From: Chloroflexota bacterium
Lineage (GTDB): Bacteria; Chloroflexota; JAJPGV01
Length of the DNA stretch: 64,000 nt
Assembly (NCBI GenBank): GCA_021325635.1
Contig: JAJPGV010000056.1
Location: 67,037 to 131,036, forward strand
Direction: 5' to 3'
The position numbers were made by a program, and so were the translations under genes. Below the pieces are notes generated by a model. The model was given only the letters and a program-made list of their open reading frames with translations, was not told the DNA's origin and did not search any database. Of the stretch, positions 30,171-39,001 are shown in pieces (position 1 is the stretch's first letter; each line of letters starts with the position of its first letter).

Positions 30171-30644
30171 TCATGAGGCAACCAGCTCGGTGAGCTGCGC
30201 GAGCGATTTGCCCAGATGCTCCAGGCGGAACGGCCGAAATCCGGCGTAGGGTCGGATGGCGACGGCGACCGCTAACCAATCACAGGAGAAGGTGACTGCG
30301 GTGTTCGTGGGTCCAGCCGGGCGGAGATCGCAGCGCCAGACGCAGCCGCCCGAGCTCAGGGAACCGTCGCCGGCCTCGATGCCTGGCTCCCAGGAAATGG
30401 TGCGCGGCGGGTCGAATACGCGGACCCGATTGGCTATCTTGTAGTTACCGTCCGGGTGGTCCAGGTGGTACATAGACACCCGAAAAATCTGGCCGGTCGC
30501 TGTCAACGGCTTGTGGTCAAGGCTTTCGCAGACCCAGTCGGTGCATTCGATCGCAACGCGCTTTACGGGATCGGTAAGGACTGCGAAGATGGCCTCCGCC
30601 GAGGCGTGAATGACCCTGGTCGCGCTCACATTATCGTCGGCCAT
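30171..30644 (-). CDS. SRPBCC/polyketide cyclase-like protein (possibly decaying)
   Basis: VSATRVIHASAEAIFAVLTDP...FDPPRTISWEP...SLAQLTEL. Confidence 0.75.
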   Translation of the reverse strand: MADDNVSATRVIHASAEAIFAVLTDPVKRVAIECTDWVCESLDHKPLTATGQIFRVSMYHLDHPDGNYKIANRVRVFDPPRTISWEPGIEAGDGSLSSGGCVWRCDLRPAGPTNTAVTFSCDWLAVAVAIRPYAGFRPFRLEHLGKSLAQLTELVAS

Positions 30645-30676
30645 GTGGGCACTTCCGCTAGGTTCGGCCGTTGTCT

Positions 30677-30865
30677 TTACTTCCTTCGCTCCGCATGCGC
30701 GTCAAAGTTGTCCAGGACGATCTCCTCGCTGAGCATGGGGTTCGGGTAAGACCACTCGCGTTGACACGAACCACACCACGCCGTGCTTTGAACGGAATCC
30801 CGCTCGACGTGCACATCTGCCTGGCCACAGTAGCGGCATTTGCGGGCGCCTGGCGACTCAGCCAC
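30677..30865 (-). CDS. Small zinc-ribbon protein
   Basis: CRYC...WCGSC two CxxC pairs in 62 aa. Confidence 0.45.
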   Translation of the reverse strand: MAESPGARKCRYCGQADVHVERDSVQSTAWCGSCQREWSYPNPMLSEEIVLDNFDAHAERRK

Positions 30866-31194
30866 AGCGAATTACCGTAGCCGCTTGCAGGTAACAACGA
30901 AGAAGCTATGACGTAAACATTTCGTAAACGCTGCACCCGAGTTGCAGAAGGGGGACCAGCCTCGACTGCTATGGCTTGTGTGGCTCGGCGCTCCATCCCT
31001 GCCACAGTCCCCAAATGGCGACGAGTGGGATGACCACGAACCCTACGCCGATCAGCCAGCCCTGGGTGAAAATCACGCCAACGGCGAACAGCGACGATGT
31101 GAGCACAATTCCAAAGAGAAACCACAGCTCCATATTCAAATGTTAATATATTCGATACCTTTGAAGGAGTACCGTAGACTCCAGGAGGCCGAGT

Positions 31195-31359
31195 GTGAAG
31201 GTGGCAGCCACGGACGTGAATTTTCCGCGCAGCGAGGTCCGACTGTGCGCCGCCTGCCGGCAGCCCATCCCGCCGGAACGGCTGGCAATCATGCCTGGCA
31301 CAACTCTGTGCGTCAGCTGCAAGACGCGCCGTGAACAGGGCGGGAGACGGAGAAGCTAG
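31195..31359 (+). CDS. Stand-alone TraR/DksA C4-type zinc-finger protein (54 aa)
   Basis: Own translation after AGGAGG: MKVAATDVNFPRSEVRLCAACRQPIPPERLAIMPGTTLCVSCKTRREQGGRRRS, i.e. CxxC-x17-CxxC with IPxERL. Confidence 0.8.
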   Translation: MKVAATDVNFPRSEVRLCAACRQPIPPERLAIMPGTTLCVSCKTRREQGGRRRS

Positions 31360-31418
31360 GCGCCGTCGCGCTTAACGCCCGCCAGCTCCGGCTCACCGCG
31401 GCCGAGCACAACCCCCCA

Positions 31419-31583
31419 TCACTGCAGACGCAAGGTGACCAGGGCCACCCACATTCCTTCGGCGCTGCCGAGCACGACGACCGGCCACCGGATCCAGGCA
31501 GGCAAGCGCACGCACAGGACGCACAGGCTCAGAAGCACGAATGGCAGAAACACGAAGGCCACCGTGACCAGCGGATTCATCAT
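31419..31583 (-). CDS. Small two-TM membrane protein (54 aa)
   Basis: AGGAG RBS, MMNPLVTVAFVFLPFVLLSLCVLC...WPVVVLG; AT-rich motif just upstream. Confidence 0.55.
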   Translation of the reverse strand: MMNPLVTVAFVFLPFVLLSLCVLCVRLPAWIRWPVVVLGSAEGMWVALVTLRLQ

Positions 31584-31798
31584 CGCTCCTGTGCGACTAG
31601 TTGAAGGCATTATAGCTTTGCAAGATTTGAATATTGCAGTGTTTTGCCTCTAACTGGTCCAGTGCTTGACCAGCTCAGTCTCGTGGTCGTCTTTACAGAG
31701 CGGGCAGCGAGGTGCCGGTGATGAGGAGCAGGGAGTCGACGAAGGCGCCGTTTCGTCCGCTTCCGTCTCGGTCTCCGATCGGAAGCGGTGGCCGGCTG

Positions 31799-32161
31799 CT
31801 AGCGCGCAGCGGCCAGTGGCACGCCCGCGGGCTCCTCGACAAGCGCGCCATCGCTGGCCATTGCCTGCAGGTCGATCAAGTGGTTGTTGAACATCTGACG
31901 GGCCACATCGAGCAGCTGGAACACGCTCTCGTCCACGGCCCGGTAGAAGACACTGGTGCCTTCCTTGCGGCCGACTACAACGTGCTTGGCCCGCAGGAGC
32001 GCGAGCTGCTGCGACACAGACGAGGACTCGATGCCCAGTCCGGCCTGTAGCTCCGAGACAGTCTTCTCGCCGTCGTGCAGCAATTCGAGGATATGTATGC
32101 GTGTCGGATGGGCCAAGGCCTTGAAGAGCTCCGATTTGAAGATGCGTAACGACTGACTCAC
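31799..32161 (-). CDS. ArsR/SmtB family regulator, Rv0081-like
   Basis: FKSELFKALAHPTRIHILELL...LGIESSSVSQQLALLR...VFQLLDVAR; no Cys. Resembles M. tuberculosis Rv0081 (recalled, not aligned). Confidence 0.9.
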   Translation of the reverse strand: MSQSLRIFKSELFKALAHPTRIHILELLHDGEKTVSELQAGLGIESSSVSQQLALLRAKHVVVGRKEGTSVFYRAVDESVFQLLDVARQMFNNHLIDLQAMASDGALVEEPAGVPLAAAR

Positions 32162-32647
32162 GTACCCGCTCGTCGCACTCCTATATCTGCAAATTCCACT
32201 AGCTTAAAAGCCTTACATATATTAGCGAGGAACGGCGAAATGAGCAAGAGCGTGCGGGCCGCGGGCGGGCGTCGACGCTGTGAAGCCGGGCAAGACGGCC
32301 GTAAGAACTGAAGAAGCCCAGGACATCGTCTGCGAAGCGCTCTTCGGCTAGCCAGCTTAACCCGCCGCGGACGTGGTGCGGCGTAGCGCCAACGCCGCGC
32401 CGCAGGTGGATGTCCTTCACGGCAGACTCAGAGCAGCGCCGGCGCTCCGGCGGCCGGTGCCTCGTTGTCCCTAGAAAGAACAGCCCCGATTCCGTCGTCT
32501 CGCTGTGTAGCGGGCGGCCGGTACAAGCGGTCGCACCAGCCCGGCGCTCTATCAGCCAGTCACACACGCTGGAACCACCGCGATCTCCTGTGTCCGCTTC
32601 GTCAATACCGCGCGGGCTCGCGGCCAAACCACTCGAAGGCCGCCCGC

Positions 32648-32854
32648 CTATGGTGAAGCAGACCAGCGCCGTTTCGTCAGGCGTACCGTGGGCAGCGCGC
32701 GTCTTTCGGCGGAGTCGCGGCAGTAGGCGCGGCACACGAGATCGAGGTCGGGCACCGGTTTGCCCGCCACGGCCGCCGCACGCTGCTCCTCGGCAGTCCA
32801 GACGAACTCTCCGCCGCAGGCCACACAAGTCAAGACCCGATCTCGATACATCAT
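32648..32854 (-). CDS. Zinc-ribbon protein (zf-trcl-like)
   Basis: MYRDRVLTCVACGGEFVWTAEEQ matches the DxxLxCxxCGxxFxxTxxEQ family start; the second knuckle is divergent. Confidence 0.6.
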   Translation of the reverse strand: MMYRDRVLTCVACGGEFVWTAEEQRAAAVAGKPVPDLDLVCRAYCRDSAERRALPTVRLTKRRWSASP

Positions 32855-33091
32855 GCGCGGACTCCTGACACCCTGGGCTGCTCTCTGCGCGGTTCGTTAT
32901 ATGATGACTTACAAAGGTTATCAGATAGGCGGATTCGTGCCAGTTGCGATATTAGAGCGTCCGGCTTCTACGAATGGGCGGGGCCATGGGGGCCCGCGGA
33001 AGGGCACGCTGCTCGCAGCTAGTCGTTCGAGTGCGCATGGCAGCAGCAGCGAGCCCTTCAACCGAGAGAAGCGGGTGCGTCCGTGATTGTG

Positions 33092-33336
33092 ATGTTGGAG
33101 GGCGAGGAATATCTCACCGCCGACGAGGCCTGGTCGTTCCTGGGCGTCAAACCCGCCACGCTGTACGCATATGTGAGCGGGGCCTCTTGAGCAGCTACCG
33201 ACAGGGCGCCAAGCGCGGCCGGTTGTACCGCAAGAGCGAGGTCACCCGGCTACGCCAGTTCGGCCCGAGCGAGCCGCGCGGAAAGGCGGGCGAGAGCTGG
33301 CTCCCAACCGCCGAGAGCTGGATTCCCTACACCTAG
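33092..33336 (+). pseudogene. Excisionase-like HTH protein, frameshifted near 33178
   Basis: MLEGEEYLTADEAWSFLGVKPATLYAYVS continues in another frame as RGLLSSYRQGAKRGRLYRKSEV; one inserted base restores LYAYVSRG. Confidence 0.7.
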
Positions 33337-33580
33337 CCATGGATACTCATCGCTTTCAGGCCCTTGAAGGCGCGGCCCCTCAACCCTCAGACCCGTCGTC
33401 GGCGTCGCGTAGCGCCAGTTCGATTGGCGACGGGGAATCGCTCTCATCGCGACCAGCCAGCTCTTGGAACCTTGACGTGTCGCGGGAGTTCAGCCCGGAG
33501 GAGCGGGTTGCCGAGTGGCGGTTTGACTAACCGCCAGCCGAGTTACGGCGCTTGCATGCTCCGGACCGGACGCGACCTCG

Positions 33581-33892
33581 TCAGCTCAAGCGATCGAGAT
33601 GAGCCGGCTTGGCTGCCCACGCGGGTTCGAGGTTCCCTTTTGTTTTCGTCAGAAAGGCTGCGTTGCCACTGACGTCGTCGACGTCCTTGAGCGGCACGTA
33701 CAGCCGCTTGCCGAAGCCAAGAAAGCCGGTCTTCACTTCGATGATCTCGTCGTAGCGGGCATCCGCCTGACCCATCAAGGCTGCCTCCTCGCGGTAGACC
33801 CGAGCGATGGTGCCGACCTTGTTGCCGTTGACGTCGCACAGGTCCAGTCCGGGGTAGATCTTGCCCAAATGCCGTTCTTCCACGCCTCTCAC
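33581..33892 (-). CDS. PRC-barrel/DUF2171-like protein
   Basis: DVNGNKVGTI...IEVKTGFLGFGKRLYVP...V. Confidence 0.75.
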   Translation of the reverse strand: MRGVEERHLGKIYPGLDLCDVNGNKVGTIARVYREEAALMGQADARYDEIIEVKTGFLGFGKRLYVPLKDVDDVSGNAAFLTKTKGNLEPAWAAKPAHLDRLS

Positions 33893-33954
33893 TCCTCGCT
33901 GCGTTTGTCGCGAGCCAGTGCCGGTTCGCTTACCTGGTTTCGGCTATGATATTG

Positions 33955-33970
33955 GAATCTTGCAAGATTC
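33955..33970. promoter_or_regulatory. Perfect 16-bp palindromic operator GAATCTTGCAAGATTC
   Basis: Lies in an AT-rich island between the PRC-barrel gene and the sdh operon; related half-sites recur elsewhere in the region. Confidence 0.65.
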
Positions 33971-34340
33971 ACAAGTAGTCAGCAAGTGAGAGTCGCCCAC
34001 CCCGTGTCGTGCCGCACCGGGCGCGGCTGATGCCGGCGCACTCGAGGCACCGCTGGCGACACTGGAACCGCTTCAACTGCCTAAGGCCGCCGAAGCCCTG
34101 CTGGCGCTGCGCGATGCGCGCATCACGGCTCCCCTTCGGCCCATCTGTCCGTGTGAGCTGGGCTACCGCGGACTCCTCGGCTGTCCTCACGCCAGGGCAG
34201 TCGCCCAGGGCGGCGAGGTTGCATTGCGACTCGTCACCGGGACGTCCGTTCCCGGCCACGAGCGCTGACGGGTCAGGCGTCCATTCGTCTGCGGCCGATT
34301 TGACGGTTAGGAGCAGTAACGACGTGTACAGGGAACAACC

Positions 34341-35114
34341 GTGGCCCTAGCTCTGGAGGGTCGCGTGCGCGTCGCGCCCCACCGGACCGAGCGCCCTGAT
34401 CGGTGGTGGCTCGAACCGCTGATCACCGTCGTCGTGCTCGGCGGCTTCGTGCTGTACACCACCTGGGCCATGGTCTTTGGTACCTCACACTTCTACGCCG
34501 ATCCGTACCTGTCGCCCTTTTACTCGCCATGCATCACGAGGCTGTGCCCGGCCGACACCCTGCCCTATGTCCCCTGGGCCTACTCGCCGGCCTGGCTGAT
34601 CTTCTGGGCGCCGCTGGCCTTTCGGCTGACTTGCTACTACTACCGCAAGGCCTACTACCGCTCGTTCTTCTGGACGCCGCCGGCCTGCGCCGTGCCTGAC
34701 GCCGCGCATCGCTATCGCGGCGAGACACGCTTTCCCTTTGTGATCCAGAACCTCCACCGCTACGCGTTCTGGGTGGCGCTCATCGTGGTGGCATTCCTGT
34801 GGATCGACGCGGTGAAGGCGTTCCACTTTGCGACCGGTTGGGGAGTCGGCCTGGGGTCCATCGTGCTGCTGCTCAACGCCGGACTGCTGACGCTGTACAG
34901 CTTCTCGTGCCACTCCTGCCGCCACCTGTGCGGCGGGCTGTTCGACGTCCTCTCACGGCATGGGCTGCGGTATCGCGTCTGGCGCTTCGTGTCGAGGTGG
35001 AACGAGCACCACATGGCCATCGCCTGGACCAGCCTTGTGTTCGTTGCCTTCAGCGACGTCTACGTGCGTTTGGTATCGGCCAGCGTCATCGCCGACCCGC
35101 GCTGGCTGTTCTAG
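34341..35114 (+). CDS. Succinate dehydrogenase membrane anchor, mycobacterial Sdh1 (Rv0249c-like) type
   Basis: YLSPFYSPC, FRLTCYYYRKAYYRSF, YRGETRFP...QNLHRY, SCHSCRH, HM; directly upstream of the flavoprotein. Confidence 0.88.
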   Translation: MALALEGRVRVAPHRTERPDRWWLEPLITVVVLGGFVLYTTWAMVFGTSHFYADPYLSPFYSPCITRLCPADTLPYVPWAYSPAWLIFWAPLAFRLTCYYYRKAYYRSFFWTPPACAVPDAAHRYRGETRFPFVIQNLHRYAFWVALIVVAFLWIDAVKAFHFATGWGVGLGSIVLLLNAGLLTLYSFSCHSCRHLCGGLFDVLSRHGLRYRVWRFVSRWNEHHMAIAWTSLVFVAFSDVYVRLVSASVIADPRWLF

Positions 35115-35116
35115 CC

Positions 35117-36919
35117 ATGGCCAGCGAAAGCCACGAAACGCACGAGTACGACGTTGTCATCATTGGCGCGGGCGGCGCCGGTCTGCGGGCGGCCATCGAG
35201 GCCTCGGCAGCCGGGGTGAAGACGGCGCTCATCTGTAAGAGCCTGCTCGGCAAGGCCCACACGGTCATGGCCGAAGGCGGCATCGCCGCTGCCTTAGGCA
35301 ACGTCTGGCCCGAGGACAACTGGAAGGTCCACTTCCGCGACACCATGCGCGGCGGCAAGATGCTCAACAACTGGCGCATGGCCCAGATCCACGCGCAGGA
35401 GTCGCCTGACCGCGTGCTCGAGTTGGAAGAGTGGGGCGCCCTGTTCGACCGCACCAAAGATGGCCTCATCCTGCAGCGCGACTTCGGCGGCCACCGTTAC
35501 GCTCGGCTGGCCCACGTGGGTGACCGCACAGGCCTCGAGATGATCCGAACGCTCCAGCAGCACGCCGTCCACAAGGGCATCGACGTGTTCATGGAATGCA
35601 ACATTCAGCGGCTGCTGAAGGACGGCCACAAGATTGCCGGCGCGTTCGGTTACTGGCGTGAGAGCGGTGGCTTCGTGCTCTTCAAGGCCAAAGCAATCGT
35701 CCTCGCTACGGGCGGCATCGGTAGAAGCTGGAAGGTGACATCGAATTCCTGGGAATGCACCGGCGACGGCATCGCGCTGGCGCTGAACGCCGGGGCCGAG
35801 CTGATCGACATGGAGATGGTGCAGTTCCACCCCACTGGCATGATCTGGCCGCCCAGCGTGAGAGGCCTGCTGGTCACGGAAGGAGTTCGGGGCGACGGCG
35901 GCACACTGCGCAACAACAGCGGCGAACGCTTCATGTTCCGCTACATTCCGGAGTTCTTCAAGGCCGAGACGGCCGACAACGAGACCGAAGCGGACGCCTG
36001 GTACACCGACAAGGCCAACAACCGACGGACGCCGGACTTGCTGCCGCGCGACGAGGTGGCGCGGGCCATTAACGCGGAGGCGAAGGCCGGCCGTGGCTCC
36101 CCGCACGGCGGCGTGTTCCTGGACATCGCCAGCCGCCGCCCAGCCGATTACATCATGAAGCGCCTGCCGTCGATGTACCACCAATTCATGGAGCTGGCCG
36201 GGGTGGACATCACCAAAGAGGCGATGGAGATCGGCCCAACCTGCCACTACGCGATGGGCGGCGTGCGCGTCGACGCCGATACCACGGCGACCGACGTTCC
36301 CGGCTTATTCGCGGCCGGCGAGGTCGCGGCCGGCCTGCATGGCGCCAACCGGCTCGGCGGCAACTCACTGTCTGACCTGGTGGTGTTCGGGCGGCGGGCG
36401 GGCCAGTACGCGGCCGCGTACGCCAAGGCGCTCAGGGCGCAACCACTTGTCGACGCCGGCGAGGTCGAGCAGGTCGCTCGCGAGCTCCTCGTCCCACTAA
36501 CCAGCCACGGCGGAGACAACGCCTATGCCATTCATGCCCAGCTGCAGGAGTGCATGCAGAACAACGTGGGGCTCATCCGGGTGGAGAACGAGATGATCGA
36601 GGCGCTGGACGTTATTGCCAGCCTGAAGCGCCGGCTGCCCAACGTGACGGTCGCGGGCGGCCGCCACTACAACCCGGGCTGGCACCTGGCGTTGGATCTG
36701 CAGAACATGCTAGCAGTCTCGGAAGCATGCACGCGGGCGGCGCTGGCCCGCAAGGAGAGCCGCGGGGGCCATACACGGGACGACTTCCCCAGCACCGATG
36801 AGCGCTTCGCCATGGTCAACGTGGTGGTTCGGGCTCGAGACGGCGAGCTCACGCTCAGCGATGAGCCACTCCCGGAGATGCCGGACGAGCTCAAAGCCCT
36901 GTTCGAGGAGGCGCATTAG
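35117..36919 (+). CDS. sdhA: Succinate dehydrogenase/fumarate reductase flavoprotein
   Basis: IGAGGAG, KAHTVMAEGG (covalent-FAD His), QFHPTG, HYAMGG, HGANRLGGNSL, ESRGGH. Start at ATG 35117. Confidence 0.95.
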   Translation: MASESHETHEYDVVIIGAGGAGLRAAIEASAAGVKTALICKSLLGKAHTVMAEGGIAAALGNVWPEDNWKVHFRDTMRGGKMLNNWRMAQIHAQESPDRVLELEEWGALFDRTKDGLILQRDFGGHRYARLAHVGDRTGLEMIRTLQQHAVHKGIDVFMECNIQRLLKDGHKIAGAFGYWRESGGFVLFKAKAIVLATGGIGRSWKVTSNSWECTGDGIALALNAGAELIDMEMVQFHPTGMIWPPSVRGLLVTEGVRGDGGTLRNNSGERFMFRYIPEFFKAETADNETEADAWYTDKANNRRTPDLLPRDEVARAINAEAKAGRGSPHGGVFLDIASRRPADYIMKRLPSMYHQFMELAGVDITKEAMEIGPTCHYAMGGVRVDADTTATDVPGLFAAGEVAAGLHGANRLGGNSLSDLVVFGRRAGQYAAAYAKALRAQPLVDAGEVEQVARELLVPLTSHGGDNAYAIHAQLQECMQNNVGLIRVENEMIEALDVIASLKRRLPNVTVAGGRHYNPGWHLALDLQNMLAVSEACTRAALARKESRGGHTRDDFPSTDERFAMVNVVVRARDGELTLSDEPLPEMPDELKALFEEAH

Positions 36920-37738
36920 ATGGCCGCTGTGGCCGAACGCCCGGCGCGGCCGAGCACCGAGGCCGCCCGCAGCGACACTGTCACGTTTCGCGTCTGGCGA
37001 GGCGACGCATCCGCCGGCGAGTACCGCGAGTACACCGTGGCGCTCGACGAGGGCATGGTCGTCCTGGACGTCATCCACCGGATTCAGGCGACCCAGGCGG
37101 GCGACCTGGCGGTTCGCTGGAACTGCAAGGCCGGGAAGTGCGGCTCGTGCAGCGCGGAGATCAATGGCAAGCCGCGCCTGATGTGCATGACCCGTATGGA
37201 CACCTTCGAGCGGGGCCAGGTCATCACCGTCTCACCCATCAAGACCTTCCCGCTCATCCGCGACCTGGTCACCGATGTGTCGTTCAACTTTGAGCGGGCC
37301 AAGGAGGTGCCGGCCTTCAAGCCCAAGGCTCCTGACCCCGACGGCAAGCGGCGCATGCACCAGGAAGACGTCGACCGGGTGCAGGAGTTCCATAAGTGCA
37401 TCGAGTGCTTCCTATGCCAGAACGTCTGCCACGTCATCCGTGACCACGAGGACAACAAGCAGCACTTTGCCGGGCCGCGTCTATTCGTGCGGCTGGCGGC
37501 GCTGGAGATGCATCCCCTGGACACGAATGACCGGCGCGAGCTGCTCAAAGCCAGGGCCGGCCTGGGCTACTGCAACATCACCAAGTGCTGCACTGAGGTC
37601 TGCCCCGAGCACATCCACATCACGGACAACGCCATCATCCCGCTCAAGGAGCGCGTGGTCACCGAGTTCTATGACCCGGTCGCATGGCTGGCCCGCAAGC
37701 TCACCGGCAGGGATCGCCGCCGGGGCATCGTCGAGTAG
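36920..37738 (+). CDS. sdhB: Succinate dehydrogenase/fumarate reductase iron-sulfur subunit
   Basis: CKAGKCGSC...C, CIECFLCQNVC, CNITKCCTEVCP. Confidence 0.95.
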   Translation: MAAVAERPARPSTEAARSDTVTFRVWRGDASAGEYREYTVALDEGMVVLDVIHRIQATQAGDLAVRWNCKAGKCGSCSAEINGKPRLMCMTRMDTFERGQVITVSPIKTFPLIRDLVTDVSFNFERAKEVPAFKPKAPDPDGKRRMHQEDVDRVQEFHKCIECFLCQNVCHVIRDHEDNKQHFAGPRLFVRLAALEMHPLDTNDRRELLKARAGLGYCNITKCCTEVCPEHIHITDNAIIPLKERVVTEFYDPVAWLARKLTGRDRRRGIVE

Positions 37739-37801
37739 GAGCGTCCGGCATGTGCAGTTCTCGGAGGGCTGCCGCCCGCTGGCTGGACGAGGACCAGACA
37801 C

Positions 37802-38158
37802 ATGCCGGTTGATGGGCTGTCCAACGCCTCCGGCTGGGTGCTGTGGGTTACCGAGACTGCCGATCCAGAACGCTTCGCCGAGGCCCTCCAGGTCAGGGTC
37901 CGCTCTGTGAAGCCGGTGGCCATTCCGCCACAGCGGCTCGAGCAGGCCATCGCAGCTGTCCGGCCAGCCGGCATCGCCATCGACGGCCGGCTGCGGGACT
38001 GCAACGCGCTGCTCGAGCGAAGCGCCGCGCTCTTTCCCGGGATCGCCGTGATGGTGACCGAGGCCGAGCTGGCGTCGACCCGTCAGGCTCGTGCGCCGGC
38101 GCGAGGGTCATCGAGTGCACGTTCACCATCAAGCCAGGGCCAGGCAGCTGCACGCTGA
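37802..38158 (+). CDS. Hypothetical protein (possible degenerate receiver fold)
   Basis: WVLWVTE...RPAGIAIDG...IAVMVT beta/alpha pattern; precedes a receiver gene. Confidence 0.4.
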   Translation: MPVDGLSNASGWVLWVTETADPERFAEALQVRVRSVKPVAIPPQRLEQAIAAVRPAGIAIDGRLRDCNALLERSAALFPGIAVMVTEAELASTRQARAPARGSSSARSPSSQGQAAAR

Positions 38159-38166
38159 TCGCCATC

Positions 38167-38592
38167 ATGGACAGGTGTGCGCGCCGCACTGCCCGGCCGG
38201 AGGATTCGTCAACGACCATCCTGGTCATCGACGACGACGAGTACCTGCGGCGGGCCTTGACCTACGCCCTACGCCGTGAGGGCTATTCGGTGCGTACCGC
38301 CGGCAACGGGGCTGAGGGCCTGCACCTGCTGCGCCAGCTGCGCCCGGTGCTGGTGCTGCTGGACGTCAGGATGCCGGACAAGGACGGCTATGAGCTGTGC
38401 CGCGACATCCGCCGGGACCCCGAGCTGTCAGACACCTATGTGATCCTGCTGACGGCGCGAGCTCGCCAGGAGGACCGTGAACGCGGGCTCCTGGCCGGAG
38501 CCGACGAGTGCGTGATCAAGCCGTACAGCCCTCGCTCGCTGATAGAGCGTATCCGGGATGTGCTAGACCAAGTCTTGTCCTCGCATCTGTAA
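38167..38592 (+). CDS. Single-domain response regulator receiver
   Basis: ILVIDDD, LLDVRMPDKDG, VILLTA, GAD...KPYS; start set at ATG 38167. Confidence 0.9.
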   Translation: MDRCARRTARPEDSSTTILVIDDDEYLRRALTYALRREGYSVRTAGNGAEGLHLLRQLRPVLVLLDVRMPDKDGYELCRDIRRDPELSDTYVILLTARARQEDRERGLLAGADECVIKPYSPRSLIERIRDVLDQVLSSHL

Positions 38593-38724
38593 ACGCCGGG
38601 CGAATCACACGGGGTTCTGCCGGGGGGACGAACGCTCCTGAAGTATCGGAGCACGCAGGTGCTTTACGGGGCTTCGGCGGAGGTTCGCTCGGTGGCGGAT
38701 CGAGGAGGACGCGGACCGAGCGCG

Positions 38725-38976
38725 CTACAGGCGAGCGCGTAGTTCGGCATCGCTTACTCCTGTCACCTCGATGAGCTTGTCGCGCGACGTGTGGCCATGG
38801 AGGATGACCACGTCGGCTTGGCGGACGCTCAGGTGCCTGGCCAGCAGCCGGATCAGCCGTTTGTTGGCCTGCCCTGCTACCGGCCGCGCCGTCAACCGCA
38901 CGTGCAAGACGTCGCCCTCCATGCTGATTTCATCGCTCGAAACACCGGCCCGCACCCGCACGCTCAGCCGGGCCAC
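38725..38976 (-). CDS. DUF167/YggU family protein
   Basis: LHVRLTARPVAGQANKRLIRLLA...ILHGHTSRDK. Confidence 0.85.
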   Translation of the reverse strand: MARLSVRVRAGVSSDEISMEGDVLHVRLTARPVAGQANKRLIRLLARHLSVRQADVVILHGHTSRDKLIEVTGVSDAELRARL

Positions 38977-39001
38977 GGCTACCGCGCGAGATCGAGCAGG
39001 T

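Noticed and set aside
33987-34270. Protein-like open frame upstream of the sdh anchor (possible Rv0250c analogue)
   Set aside because: No suitable in-frame start codon or RBS near its 5' end.
34799-35116. N-terminal extension of the 706-aa sdhA ORF
   Set aside because: Alternative frame over the anchor gene; the real start is ATG 35117.
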